Notes: a model not told the origin generated them from the letters alone. Positions 39,953-56,135 are shown, numbered from the stretch's first letter. The stretch: DNA of 64,000 bases from Octopus vulgaris (GCA_951406725.2 OX597817.1:148738001-148802000), one strand, 5' to 3'. Program-made: numbers and translations.

Positions 39953-42275
39953 TATATATATATATATATATATATACATTGCTACCGTGAGACTGCAATG
40001 GTGATCATTCAACAAATCATAATTTGCTGCGCTGTATAGGTTTTTCTAGTGTGAGAAATAAATAGATATGGCTGAACTAAAGTCAAAAAAACAAATTACA
40101 GTCACTGCTTTACTGTGGTACTGATTCTAAAACGCAAATGCATAACTCACACAAACACATGTACACACATACATGTGCACACATACGCATATACATAGAG
40201 CCATAACGCGTGTGTGTGTGTGTGTGAATTTAAAGTATAAATATATCTTTATCAAACATTTGTCTTCTGAATAATACAAATGTTGTTTGTATACTAGATA
40301 TTGGCTTCTATTCAGTTGTATAGTTAAGATGGCGTTTGTCTAAAACGTTGCATATGTAGACCATAGCAGAATAATATTATATAAAATTTTCATATTAACG
40401 TGAATCTTTTTTTCTATAATAATAACTCTGCCGTTATTCTTTTATTCTGTATATAGCCTCGAGCCATTCGTCACTCTTTTAAAAGCCGAACACCCTCAAT
40501 GGTATTTTATTATGTTTTCCGATTATGATTATTTTTATTAGTTTTGTCCTTTCTCTTTTCTTCTTTTGTTTTTTCTTTCCTTTTTTTGTTTTGCTTTTTC
40601 TTATTATTAACCATCTCTATATTTAGAACTTTTATTTGTTATTTGTCTATATTTATTCGAGTATTGTAGTTTTTTTCTCTTTCTCTCTTTTCGCAGAGTT
40701 AAAACATTTAGACGAAATGCAGTTTGCCGTAGTAAAAACTATTTGACAGTTATTATTCGCCAGCCATTCATCACTAAAGCACTATTGGGACAAATTACTG
40801 GAAAATAAAACACACAGTACATTCGATTTTATCTTCTAAAAGTTTTGAATATGAGAAATGACGAAGTATCCAAAATAGATAATTATACAAGGCACAAAAT
40901 GGCAAAAAATATTTATATTTCTGAAATATGTTTTCATAAGAGACTTAGGTAATACTCCAAAGAGGAAAATTAGCCATATTTTGGTTTCTTTTAAGACGTG
41001 GATATAAGAAATTGCTGGAAATGGAGAAAGGGTTGTTGTTTGTTCAACTAGTCAAATTGAATAGCGCAATATGGCGAATTAGTTATTCCTGTGAAGGCAC
41101 GTTGTTTAGTGATTAACGTGTTTCACTCATACTCGCAACGTTGTTGTTTAGTTTTCTGTGGGTGATGTTTTGTGGTCTTCAGCAAAACACTTCATTCCAC
41201 GTTACTAGAGTCGACGCAACTGCCAAAACGGAGTAACCATGTAACGGACCGGTGTCTCGACCAGAGGGGATTTGTACGCCAAAGAATTCGTGAGACTGGC
41301 CTTATTAGCCTATGGCTCGGGGAGTACATTTGGTTCTCTAGTAATTTTTGTTAATAGGTTGGGAGTTGACGTGAAAGATATTGAGTTTTAGCATCAGTTG
41401 CTAAACATCTACAGCAGAATAAATAAAATTAAAATATCTTAAGCGAGGGCATTCTGTGGAAAGAACCGTGGATCAGGAATGTCTGCCATGGCAGAGATAA
41501 CAAAGTGAACATATTTATATGAAGTGTGGAACCCGGTGGAAGATTTAGTCAATTAAGTCATAAGGAAGAGCAAAATTAATTAAAACGGTAGAGGGCAGAA
41601 ACAATCTGTATGTGAGATAGTTGCGAAGTTGAATTTTCCTTTCGTTGACACACGATTATAGACACACGATTATAGACACACCTTATGTATCGTGAATTAC
41701 AGGAAGTATATAGGTTACAGATTATAGGATATTAGTTTTGTTGTCCACCGTATATGTTTAATGTCTAATGAGACTTGGGGTTGCTCAGACTAACAGACGA
41801 TATTATAATTGTTGTTGGGGTTTGCAACCCTCCGATATTAAACCGCAAACAGCCTTAAACAAATTCATTCGAAATATCCAAGAATTGTCGCTTGCTTGAA
41901 GAAGTCTTGAGGCTTCAGGATCGATCGATTAAACAGCAGGGGCATTCGATAGGTCATTCACAGTTGTTCCCTGGTTCCTTATTGGAATTTCAAAAACGAA
42001 GTTCAGCATTTGAACTCAGAACATAGAGAGTCGTGTACTACGAATTGTAATGAGTTGGTGAATGAATATTTGTCTTTTTGCCGAAAGAATTCTTTTGTAT
42101 GTTGTTTCATCCAAGGTGTGGAATCGTTTAGAAATATAATGCACAAATGAATGTGTTATAATCTGCAGTCAGCAAATTTGATTAAATGTGTGTTGTTCAT
42201 GTGTTCAAAGAGTATATACGCCCTGTCCACATACATACACACAGATATGTACATATGCATACACATTCACACACA

Positions 42276-42317
<42 letters not shown>

Positions 42318-42631
42318 AATAATATAAATTAATCATATGTATTGGCTTAAGTCTTTCATTGTTTGATTTGCCTAATAGTGGTTTTGTCTCTAATTTAATA
42401 TAATATATATATATATATATATATATGCAGACATATATTTATGTAAATTGAGAAGCGGTGACGAGTGACAGTTTGGTAAAAAAAAATAATAGTAACATTT
42501 CTAAGATTAAAGCTCATAAGCGATCATGTGTATTGACTAAAGAAAATAGTGCACCATTCTTTAGTCAACACGCACTGGTCGCGTATAAACTTTAAGCATA
42601 TCAATATTCTTCTTATTCTTATTCTTCTTAC

Positions 42632-42717
<86 letters not shown>

Positions 42718-42749
42718 GTTACACCATCGATACTTCTCAATTTATCTAT

Positions 42750-43200
42750 GATCGTAATGTTGTTTCGATTCCTGGATCGGGCGATGCGTTGTGTTCTTGA
42801 GGAAAACACTTCATTTCACGTTCCTCTAATCCACTCAGCTGGCAAAATTGAGTAATCCTGCGACGGACCGGCGTCCCGTCCAGGTGAAGAAATTCTACGC
42901 CACTGAACCGGGAAACCGGCCCTTATGAGCCTCGAATGGCTCCAGAAGGGACATTTTTCGAATCTCAGACGGGGCGATGAGTGTGTTCATGAGCGAAACA
43001 CCTAGGCTCCACGCGGCTCCGGCAGAAAGTAATGGCGAACTTCTGCTGATTCTTTCGCCAAAACGTTCTCTTACACTTTCCCCCCTGCATCTTGCAGCTC
43101 ACCTGCGACGGACCGGCGTCCCGTCGAAGTGGGGGACCTACACGCCAAGGAAACCGGAAAACCAGCCCTTTTGAGCCAGGGGAGTCTCGAGAAGGAACAA
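42750..43200 (+). mobile_element. SINE-derived composite (two partial second-family units)
   Basis: gtttcgattcctggatcgggcgatg...; ctgcgacggaccggcgtcccgtc occurs twice; ggaaaccgg motifs shared with 2444-2766. Confidence 0.65.
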
Positions 43201-43608
43201 ACGACAAAAACAAATCTAAGGGAAAAAAAGTGACTTGGTACGTTGGTGCAAAGTTTAGCGCACTTAGCGCGACTATCAGAAGTGTTGGTTCGCGTACCGT
43301 TCGAACGGGAAACCCGTTTTTTCAGTCGTGGTCTTATATGCCGTAAATTCTAGACTATTTCTTTAGTCAACACATGGTGATCGTTTATAAGATTTACGCT
43401 TATGATTATTACTGTTTACAGATATGCATATATAGAGAGAGAGCCGTTCACTTTCATCTCTCTGTCTCTCGCAATTTCACAACGATCTACATACTACGTG
43501 ATACTTCGAACATTTTCTTTCTTTCACTTTCACCTCACTGTCGCTGCTTTCTTCTCTCAGATTGGAAGAAGCAAGTCGCCAAAGAAAATATTTCACAGTT
43601 CCTGAGGG

Positions 43609-43671
<63 letters not shown>

Positions 43672-43736
43672 CATATAATTGCATATATTTAATATCTATA
43701 TCACATGTATACCTATATATATAGTTATATATATAG

Positions 43737-43767
<31 letters not shown>

Positions 43768-44436
43768 CGTGTGTGTGAGTGAGTGTGTGTGTTTTATTTA
43801 TCCGTATATTATTCATTATGCTTTATATATATATATAATATAAAGAATCATATATATATATAAACACACACACGCACTCACGCACCTACATACACATATT
43901 TATGCATACATAGATACATGTACACACACACATACAGATATATAGATATACATACTTACAGACTTATATACATAGATATATGTATGTATCATAATACAAA
44001 AGAATATTGATATTACTGAAGAATTCAACAATAACTCCTCTAACTAATCATGAGAGAGAATTTGTTTCAAGTGTTCCATTTATCAGTAGATTTATAAACA
44101 GCAGGACCGCTCTAGAAAGAAATGGAGTTGAACTTAAAGAATTGTTTTTAATGACCCCTGTCAATATTGTATGGAAGCTTCTATAATGGAATTTGTCTCC
44201 TGTATAATATAAAGCAATCGTGTCGGTGCCCAGTTAAAAGTATGGCGGTAATTAACATCACTACCAGCATTTTCGTTTCAAGGTTTACTACTCCTTTGTC
44301 ATTTATGGTGATAACCTTGTGAATTTCATTCTGTTTTCGAGATGCAAATCATGGAGGCGCTTTAGGCGACATTAAAGTAGAAGGTTCTGGAGGGATAAAT
44401 GACCTGTTTGGTTTTGCAGAAGTGGAGAGGACTTTC

Positions 44437-44478
<42 letters not shown>

Positions 44479-44513
44479 TGTATATATGTGTGTGTGTGTG
44501 TGTGTGTATAAAT

Positions 44514-44890
44514 AGGCGCAGCAGTGGCTGTGTGGTAAGTTGCTTGCTTACCAATCACGTTGTTCCGGGTTCATTCCCACTGTGTGGCACCTTTGCCTAG
44601 TGTCTTCTACTATAGCCTCGGACTCCAGTGTTATATATATATATATATATGTATATGTATATGTGGGTGTGTGTGTGTGTGTGTTTGTCACCACAACATT
44701 GCTTGACAATCGATGGTTGTATGTTTACGGTTCGGCAAACGATGGTGGTGTGTTTTGCGGTTCGGCAAAACAGACCGATAGAATAAGCACTAGGCTTACA
44801 AAGAATAAGTCCTGGGGTTGATTTCCTCGACTAAAGGCGGTGCTCCAGCATGGCCGCAGTCAAATGAGTGAAACAAGTAAAAGAGTAAAA
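44514..44890 (+). mobile_element. Microsatellite-containing SINE (third family)
   Basis: ggcgcagcagtggctgtgtggtaag head; TA/TG tract; right half ending ccagcatggccgcagtcaaatgagtgaaacaagtaaaagag. Confidence 0.8.
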
Positions 44891-44903
44891 ATATAAAAGT
44901 AAT

Positions 44904-44987
<84 letters not shown>

Positions 44988-44995
44988 TATCTATG

Positions 44996-45034
<39 letters not shown>

Positions 45035-45037
45035 ATA

Positions 45038-45068
<31 letters not shown>

Positions 45069-45185
45069 CACCGTGATCACCGTGACCGATCAGGCTATTA
45101 GATGTTGTTACACATCGCTGGTCACAATGCGCTTCACATTGTTTTAACCTTCAAATAACGCCACCCCGTTGGCTAAGCGAGCAGA

Positions 45186-45235
<50 letters not shown>

Positions 45236-45279
45236 TCATATATCTGTTACATAAAAAATACCGGTTGATAGTAACCTAA

Positions 45280-47610
45280 AACCATAATTCATTTGTGAAA
45301 ATGTCAAGCGAAATGAATGACGATAACAATGTGAACGAGACTGGAATCAAGGAAATGCCGCACACAGCAGATGCCACAATGTGTAGCAGGGTGGACCCGG
45401 TCGTAATCCGGTAACTGCTATCCATGCTACAAGATATAGCTGGAGTAAACAAGAAGACATGATGGTTAGGGAGTGTTTCTACCGGAGCACCCCAAGGGAT
45501 GCGAATGGTGTGCCTGTCAGAGGGTACAGAAAATGAATGCACAGTGAATGCAAGGTAATGGAACTTTTGGAAGTTACTGATCATATATTATGTGACCTAG
45601 CAAGACTAATACCAAAGAATTGGAGCTAGAAGCTATTAAAAGAAGGATATCGAGTGAAGTTGGGTATGCGAGAATTGAAAGTGATATTGTGGAAGAGATG
45701 GACAGTTGTTCGGAAGAATATAATACCGTGAATTGTGAAAGAATTGGGATTAGTGCCTACTCAAACAATGAAGATCGATTAATAATAGACAGAATTTTGG
45801 ATCTATTAAATACAGAGACAGAGGGCTAACCAATGGAAGCTAAATTAAGAGACGAATAAAGTCAATATGTACCGAAAATCATTGAAACAAATAATCTTAT
45901 CAAGGCTGCCAGATGGAGTGTTGCAGAAAGGATGGGATTGAGAACTACTGAGAACAGAACAGCGATGCATAGAAGAGGAAATAAACCGTAGTGGAAAAGG
46001 AGAATTCCAGAAGATAGAAACGCCTTGAACTGTGTTGTGTCAACACTTGTCAGAAAAAGAAATGGAGAACTTGAGAATGAATGGAAATTCGAAACAGTTA
46101 GGAAGAAGTATGGTGTAAGTATAAAAAGCTTGAATGCTGTAACTGAAGAACTGAAGCAGTACATACATGCAAATAAAGCAACGCTGACTAGGTTTCAACA
46201 GCGGATTTAGAAACACCAGCAAAACATATTGTTTAGAACTGACCAAAAAAGATTTTATCAAGAGATTAATAACGATAAAAAACGTGAAAGATTAGTCCCT
46301 GATGCTGATGAAAGTCGACTTTTTTAGTGTAAGATATGGGATAAGCAAGAACAACATAATACCAACATAATACTACAGGTGAATGGTTCTGCAGCCTGAA
46401 GCAGACAGCTTCTTATCCCCAACAAGATGCTATCCACTTCACTGAAGACAGTAACAAAAATATGAGTAAAAAGATAAGCAATTGGAAAGCAGCAGCATCT
46501 GATCGTGTACAGGGATTTTGGATGAAAAAGTTCAGTAGTTGCCATGATCAATGGAGAAGAAGAAATCTCAGGCTGGTTAACAAAAGAACGAACGGTGTTG
46601 TGCCTAAAGGATACATCAACGAGAAATATTGCTGACAATTACAGACCTATTTCCTGCATTCTGTTAATGTGGAAGTTACTGTCAGGAGTAATTGCAGAAG
46701 AACTGTATAAATTTCTTGATAAGAACGATATATTACCACCGGAACAAAAAGGCCGCAGAATGTGATGCAGAGGTACCAAAGTTCAATTATTGATAGACAA
46801 AATGTTAATGCAAGATTGTAAACGAAGGAGAACAAATTTAGGCATGGCCTAAACCTTATGCTATGATTCCACATTCGTGGATGGTTGAGTGCTTAAATCT
46901 CTTTGGAATCGCAAGGAATACAATGTGTTTCCTGAAAAGGAGTATGATGAGATGGAAATCTGAACTGACATCTTAAGGAAAAAGCTTGGGTACCCTGGCT
47001 ATCAGAAGAGGAATTTTCCTGGGTGACAGCCAATCTCTGTTTTTTTCGTTCTCTGTATGATACCCCTTGACAATGAGGCAATAATGATCCAGTGGGAGCT
47101 CTGTGGAAATCACGGCCTACTTATGGCAAAGACGTGGTATGAACAAACCCCAGAAGGAGTCACTGAAAAGGAGAACCTCAAAAGTTGTGGAATGTAATGA
47201 TCCAGTGCGATCACCTGACCAGACATCGGAAAGCGGGCATTGTTGTGGTGAATAAAAGAGAAAGAATATGGATGATTATCGGCATAGCACACCCCGGTGA
47301 CAACAGGATCTATGTGAAAGAAAAAGGAATAATAAACAACTTTGGTTGTGGTCAATGAAGAGAGTAGCCGTGATACCAATAGTAATTGGTGCACTTGGAA
47401 GTATCAGCACTCAACTACTAACATGGCTGGAAAAGATTGGTGCAAGTGTGAAGGTAGAACACCTACAAAAATCAGCATTGCTTGGAACTGAAAGAATTCT
47501 TCGCAGGGTTCTTGAATCATGACCAGTAAACAAGTGTCACCTTAGTCTGCTGGCTGTGGTCAGCAGACACTTTCCATCATACCCAGCAAAATAAGCAGTA
47601 AGTTTTAATA
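45280..47610 (+). mobile_element. Old degenerate R4/Dong-type LINE
   Basis: Broken-frame motifs [57 protein letters not shown]; ends in (TAA)n at about 47610. Confidence 0.75.
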
Positions 47611-47641
47611 CAATAATAATGATAATAATAATAATAACAAC

Positions 47642-47733
<92 letters not shown>

Positions 47734-47869
47734 TAACAACAACAATAATGATGATGATGATGATATAATAACAATAATAGCAATAATAATAATAATAACA
47801 ATAAGGATGATGATGATAAGAACAACAACAACAACAACGACGACGACGATGACGATGATGATGATGATA

Positions 47870-49500
47870 GAGAGATTCTAAGAAAACGCCGGATTGGTTA
47901 GCAATTGGTATTACTTTCTGCGAATAATGAAACCAAATTTCCTCAAAACTATCGGCGCATAACCCTTTTATTTATCACGCATAGAATTTTAAATCCATCC
48001 ACGTTCAGAAACCATCTACATTTATGGAAGCGACGATATTTTCGCCATGGAGCAAAAAATGTGCCGACGAATGTCATGTGGATGCAAAGATCACCTCCCA
48101 ATCAATCGCATGATCCTTGAGAACTGTCATAACAAACGCAGAAATGTCAGTTCCGCATGGAGTGACTATAAAAATCGTCTTTGACAGCATATCGCATTAA
48201 TAGATCTCGAAATCGCTGGCTAGCTTCAATATTTCTCCTGTAATTTTAAACTTCTTGAACTGTAATATGGCAGCGTGGAATACGAATCTCCAATTATACC
48301 ACTATAACGGAATACTGACTTGAAACGATATTAATATTAACTGAGATATTTTCTGAGGTGATTCATTTTGACCTTTAATTTTTGGATAGCCCTAATACCC
48401 CTAATGCCCCTTATAATTGAACTTAACAGAAGAAGGTATGGGTGTAAAATTGAGAACGGGAAATATGCCATCTATTTTACATGGATGACTTAAAATTATA
48501 TGGCAAAGACAATAATGAGCTAGAAAGTCTATTATGTACCGTGAAAGCATTCAGCGATGACGTCGGAATGGAATTTGGCGTTGATACATGTGCCAAGGTC
48601 ACTTTCCAGAAAAAGAAAGTGAAAACCTCACCGTCAGTGGTGTTGGATGATGACACAGTGGTAAAAGAGCTTGAACAGGAACAAAATTACAAATATCTCA
48701 GAATAAATGTAGACGCTGGTTTCAGCATTGCAAGCATGAAAGAGAAAATCAGGAATGAATGTTACCGGAGAGTTCGAGTAGTCTTGTTTATCAATCGTAC
48801 GGAAGCTGCTGACATAAGTAATAGGTGACGAACTGTACAAATGTTTGGATGATAAACGTTTATTGCAGGATGAGCTGTAAAGGCTGGTCAAGGGGAAAAC
48901 AGATCAGGTATTAATAGACAATATGATATTAATGAACTGGAAAAGAAGGTTAACGTGACTGGGTTTAATGGGTGCATAGATTACAAAATGTGATTACGCT
49001 GCAAAGATCATCCACTGGAAAGTGTGTAAGAATTGTGGACTTCCATCAAGACATAAGTGGCATGCAGTAGCAGCTGAAACTTTGACTGAGAATTATGAGA
49101 TTCAAATTCTTTGTGGCTTTTCTATTCAAACGGATCATGTCCTAGAGCGTAACAGAGCGGATATCATGGTGGTTGAGAAGACGGAACGCACTTGCTACAG
49201 AACGGATGTGGCCTGTGCATTTGGGACAAAAGTAAAAGAAAAATAAACCACGACACGATGAGAGACACAGAGAAAGAGAAGCAGATTGTAGAGTAGAACA
49301 AAAGTGAAGTCGTAACAATTGTCATTGGTTCATTAGGGACGATGAGATAGAGGATCAAGGAGTGAACAGATAAAAACTGGCTTGCAAAAGTACATAGAAT
49401 AATGTCAAAGGCGGAGATCGTTCTTGGATGGCCGAAGTCACAGGGTGTGACTTGTAAACACTCAAAGTTCCATCATAAGAGAAGGATACAAGCAATTTTC
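47870..49500 (+). mobile_element. Second degenerate R4/Dong-type LINE
   Basis: NYRRITLL, MDDLKLYGK, FGVDTCAK, NYKYL, IHWKVCK, SIQTDHVLERNRADI; preceded by a TAA/CAA/GAT tract. Confidence 0.7.
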
Positions 49501-51296
49501 CAATAATGATATTAACATACGAAAAAAAATTAAGGGAAAGTAAAATGTGTTCGCATGAATGATATATTTATTTTCTAGTTTTAAAGGGAGAAGAAATTAG
49601 AAGTTGTCATCATTATTGATTTTCTCGGAGACACCTCTTTTCAAGAGCAACGGATGTAATCGTAATTAGACCCCTTATTTCTGTATCATTTCTAGAGTTT
49701 TCTCTCCTCTACGGGTCAACATTAGAATTCTGCAGGGTATTGTAACCCTGCATATCTTTCCCGTTCTACACTCAACTATTTTTAATTATAACGGTTGATG
49801 TTGTGCACGAGGGAATTCTAGATTCCTTATTTCGGACAATGTTATGAGATTACATAGTTGAAAGGCTGTCTATGATTTCGTGAGTTCGGTCAAATTCAAG
49901 CTAGAGTTAAAAACAAAGAAAGAACTGCTACTAACTTAAGTGGGGTTCCGTTACGTTCAAGTAAAATTGGGTTCATTCTTACATGTATTAGATATAGATG
50001 TGACTTTAGGGTTGATCACATTAAGGGTGGTGAGAAATGAAACGACCAGCGATGCGAGGCCGCCTGAGCAGAAGTGATACGAGATCTATCAGTTTGGAAA
50101 AACAGAGCTATTATATCAGTAAAAGAAAATAACCGGAGAGACGATATTACGCCTATGGGCCTGATACTGGAGCGTAGCCCTTTATACATATGCAAATTGA
50201 CAAAGTATAATTGTTTCAGTTGAGACTTCAGTCTGAACTCTAAAAGATTAGATATGTTCTCGGAAAAGGTATGGACTTTGGTAATAGTAATAATCCCACT
50301 AAAATATATTTTAAAACCAGATTAACAATACTTACGCATTTTTATGTATGACATTACGAGTAAATGAAGACTTAGATCAAGCTGAGGACGAAGAAAGAAA
50401 CATTTATATGGGTCAGCAGTGAAAAGGTTATCGAAACACTCTGAAATGGATCAATCACTGTCCTTTGAAACACCACTGTACACGTAACTTGACGAAGGGT
50501 CACGTTGTGAAAAACGACAGAGGTTTCTCTCATGAAAATCTCAAATTTCAAATCTCAATAAATGATTTCATGCTAAGCATTTGCTGTGTAAGGAAACTCG
50601 TCCTCAGTTGTCATTGAGAAATGTCACTCTCTTTCATCAGATCGATGTAACGAATGAAATCTATGAATGCGATGGAGAAAGAGTCCTTTATTACTAAGAT
50701 CCGGTGGTTTTAATGTGTAATTCTTGTGAAATGTTCCCCAACAATCTCGTTATTTCTGGATAATAAAAAATCAGCGATGCGATGCAAAAGATTTAACATT
50801 TATTGATTAAAACAATTGTTGCGAATCTCTATAATCCTAAAATTTGAAACGCATTTCTAATTCTATGGAATACCATCGTGGTAAAAATGTGAGCACTTCT
50901 TCTTCTAGTAGGGGTTTGGATTTAGTAAACTAATCACAGACAACTTTATATTACCTTTATGAAAACCAGCTGTACTGTTGTGCTTTCGATAACCGAAGAT
51001 GCTCGAAATATAACGAAGTTTTCAGGAAGTTCATCAAGCATGTTTCCAATTACACTGATAATACATAGTACTTCTTTTGGATTTCTATTGTAGAATGACA
51101 CACAAACATTGGTGTATTGACTTGGGGGAGAAAACGTACCAACAGATTCACACTTACACATATGTGTATGTATGAACGTACATATAATTACTATATCGCA
51201 ACACCTGATCGATATTTGAGTGATGCTGCTGACTACTTGTTACATATTCTTCAAACCACATCCCGCAGCAAAACAAAACATACGTGATACACATAA

Positions 51297-51680
51297 CGTG
51301 GCACTCCGTCGGTTGCGACGACGAGGGTTCCAGTTCATCCGAACAACGGAACAACCTGATCGTGAAATTAACGTGTGAGCGGCTGAGCACTCCACAGACA
51401 CGCGTACCATTAATGTCATTCTCGGGGAGATTCATCGTGGCACAGTGTGTGACAAGGCTGGCCCTTGAAATACAGGTAACACAGAAACAGGAAAAAATAG
51501 CGAGAGAAAGTTGTAGTGAAAGAGTAAAGCAGGGCTCGCCACCCCCCTACCTCTACCGGATCCTCGTAGAGCTTTAGGTGCTTTCGCTCAAGAAACACCC
51601 ACAACCTCCATGTGAGAATCGAAACCGCGATCCCACGACCGTGAGTCTGCTTCCCTCACCACTGTTCTATTGCGCCTCTA
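51297..51680 (-). mobile_element. tRNA-derived SINE (family of 31385-31770)
   Basis: Reverse complement matches 31385-31770 throughout; possible TSD tgatacaca at 51285-51293 and 51685-51693. Confidence 0.8.
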
Positions 51681-52867
51681 CACTTGATACACAGAAATAA
51701 TTTAGGAAAAACTGAACTGATAATTGTATATTCTAAAATAGTGTTTATGAACCAGAATATACAGACAGTGTTTATACTTCTTTAACCAGAGTCATATTCC
51801 CTGAACAAAGGTATCTCCTTGGTACTTCTATGTGTCACTGGTTGGGGTCCTACTTGAGAAAAAAGATCTTTATGTACTGGTTTAAATACCCATGATCTTA
51901 GGTTTGGTAAAACAGGGTTGGCGTAAGCCGAAACGTTAACGAAATTGTCAGTCATATCGGCTGAGGTTCAGAAGATATAAATTCCAACTTAATAAACATT
52001 TCTTAAATCTGTTTTCCTTATGGTTTAACTTCGTTCAAAATTACGATTTGTTCAGGAAAATCGTTTTCTTAGATTTTGCTTTCTTTTTTTTTATATTTTT
52101 GTGCTTGTTCCTTTTATTTTTTTTATTTTTCGTATTGCTGATTGATTTATGATTATATTATGTTTATATAAGTGAATTGATTAGCGTAACAAGGAGGTGA
52201 ATAATGGGAACGGTAAAGAGAAGGAAGGAGTTGAAACAGAGAGAGAGGGAGAGATCGTGAAGGTAATGATAGAAAACATAAAGAAAAAACAAAAGTCATT
52301 AAAAACAAACAGTAATGTAAAACTAAAAAATAATGTTAAACAAAAGGAATATTCACGTTTTTTTATTGTTTGTACTTCTCTTATCTCCTTGTCCTTAAAT
52401 TATTTTATATGTTTTCAACTGTACCAGTGTAATAAAATTTAAATAAAAACAATAAAATTGTAAATCTGCAAAAAGCACAAAAATATACGTCACAAAAAAA
52501 TACGAAAAAATGCATGCAAAGAACAATCAAAAGAAAACACAAAAAGGAACTGAGAATTCAGCGAAATTCAGATTTCTAATAGTTAAGAAGAATGGTAAAA
52601 AAAAAACAAAAAAAAACAGATAAAATGGTGGTTCCTGACTGTTTTTTCTTGTTTTTTTTTTCTCGTTTTGTACTTTGGTATTCGTTGTGGGTTTTTTAAA
52701 TGTCTCTTTATGTGTGTTTTCTTTCAACGTTCCCTCACCGCTCCACAACAATGTTCCTGCGAACTTGTCAGATTTAAGCCTAGCATCTAAGACATAGCAG
52801 CGTTCCTGAGAACTTGCAGACACTGCTAATGGCACTGATTTGCATATTCAGGCAATTCCAGATTAGA

Positions 52868-53396
<529 letters not shown>

Positions 53397-54959
53397 AATG
53401 AAATGTAGTGGGAGAAAAACTTTCATCAAATTCTAATTTACATTCTAAAGCCATTTATTTATATTTTAAAGGACTATTGATATATGTATGCATGTGTGAC
53501 TGAGTGTATATGTGCATATACGCACGCGCTGGTTCATATTAGCATTACAGTTTTATTGCGTTAACAAACCTATAAATATATGTGTGAAAGTACATACAAT
53601 AATGTATGAAGCTGATGAGTGAAAGAGAGAGAGAGAAAGAAAAGGAGAGAGAAATATATGCAGATATAACTATATTTATATGCGTCATATGCGTATATGA
53701 TCGACATGTGTTTGTATTTTTATGTGCAGGAATTTCAAGTGCGTGTCTGCATGGAGATATGTACATGGATGAATATATATTTATGTATATATGAGTATGT
53801 GTGTGTAGGTGTGTGTTGCATGCTTGTTTTGAATTATCAATTAATTTCTTCCCATCCTCTTCCTCAGTACCTATATCCATCTATCTATCGATCTATCCAT
53901 CCGTCTATCTATCCATCTTTCCATCTATTCATCTATCTATATATATATATATATATATATTTATATCCATCTATCCATATATCTATCTCTTTCTATATAT
54001 ATATATATATATAAACTTACACACATATATGCAAATTTAAATATATGTATATATTTTAATATTAATATGAGTACGTACGCACATGTTTGTGTCAGTTTAT
54101 TTCAAATTTCAAAATTTCTTACCATAGAGAAAGAACCGGTTTCTAAACTAGATCCAAGATTCCTTCATTGGAATTTCAACATCAAGAGTAGGGTATTTTT
54201 TGTATGTATGTATTAGTACTTAGTCCTTCTTCTACTGTACCAAGATCGTGCCTTTCCATTCCGAGTTCTCTTTGCTAAAAATCTAGGCTGCAATGCATTT
54301 TCTGTCTTTGAGCTCTTTTCTGCACAGAGCTAAGAGTTATAAGTTTCGTAACCTATAGCTCAGCAGTCATTTATTACGCTTCGTGTGTCCAGTTAGTGTC
54401 CTCAGTGAAAATATGAACAATTCTTAACCGACCGGATGTAATATGAAAGACAAGGAAGACAAAGCGACAACTCACGATCACAGTACTTGTTAGGTACTTT
54501 ATTTTGTGGAGTACGGAGTATTGAATTAAAGAAAGAGAATTTGCGAGAATTGGGTTGCGAACATAAAGCTGCAAAGTCTATCGTAAGTCATTTCCCCAAT
54601 GGTCGATTGATTTCTATTCTTCATTTTGTTGTTTGGGATTTTCGGTTGTGAAGGAATGAGCAGCAGCAATGCCCTTCGCAGGTCTTCCCAGGCTGATTAG
54701 ACTTATGACATTGATGTTCCTTTTGAACTTTGGCAAATAAATTTTGGTAAATCAACGAAAAGGACAGATACGAGCAAGCCGAAAACTCCTGGCGCTACAC
54801 GTTCTGGAAAGAACGGTCGGCACATAGTGAATTAGTGCGTGGTATTAGATTCGTAAGTTAGGCTTCTGAATATATTTGTTGATATTCGTGCAAAAATTAA
54901 TGAAAAGGGAAATTCAATTTAGCTATATAGGAAATATATCATCCAATTGACATCGTTTA

Positions 54960-55300
54960 ATTTTTCATCAAACTGTACACTTTTTAGTTTATTCTTTATG
55001 ACGTTTAGCAATATCTTGGGTTAGCAATATCTTGAATTTCTGTACAAATATTTTCCTTGAAACATACATACATTCGAGTTTTAGTACCACCACTAGAATT
55101 GAGAAGTGAAAGAGTTAAATCTGGATGGCACGAAGGCCAACTGTGTAATGAATTCCTAGCAATCAGGCGGTTTCCAAAAGTACGTCTCAAGTATAAAATC
55201 GTGGTGGACGCGTTATGATCAGTAGCTCCATCTTGCTGGATTTATATCGAATTCTTTAACAATGGCGTTTACTTTTTAAACACTCGGGTATACCAGAGAA
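54960..55300 (-). mobile_element. Tc1/mariner-superfamily transposase relic
   Basis: Minus strand QQDGATDH and FGNRLIARN..SWPSCHPDLT, resembling QQDGA..H and WPxRSPDL. Confidence 0.55.
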
Positions 55301-55509
55301 ATAATTGCACGTTTGTGTGAAACAGATAAGGGGTTGCATATGTGAGAGGACAGGTTGTGTCCCGAAGATTTTGTTTAGTGCCAATGATTAAGGTATTTAA
55401 AGACATGCAAAAGAAAATATCCCTACTCTTCTTCGACATTCGCCATATCGTATTCATATTTTCATTTTAAACAATTATCGATACTATGATACGTATATAT
55501 ATACATACA

Positions 55510-55737
<228 letters not shown>

Positions 55738-55946
55738 TAGGTATGGATCTATGAGATTAATTCCGAAATAGATTCAATATAGGATTAACGAACTTCGTAA
55801 AAAAGTTCTGTTGACTAGCTTCCCGATTTCAGCACAACATATTTCTGTAGTGGGTATATAATGTTATGTGGAAATTGACGATTTAAAAGTCTGTTATCAG
55901 CATATTGGCATGGAAATAATTTTCTTTTGCCCTTGTTTATAAGTTG

Positions 55947-56030
<84 letters not shown>

Positions 56031-56057
56031 AGCCTGGTCGGTCACGGTGATCAAGGT

Positions 56058-56135
<78 letters not shown>

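Noticed and set aside
41350-42000. Possible ancient retroelement coding relic (KDIE, PWQR words)
   Set aside because: Too degenerate to assign without a translated search.
49620-50400. Possible RTE-like LINE relic (ILQG-like word)
   Set aside because: Only faint motif hints with many stops; not supportable by eye.
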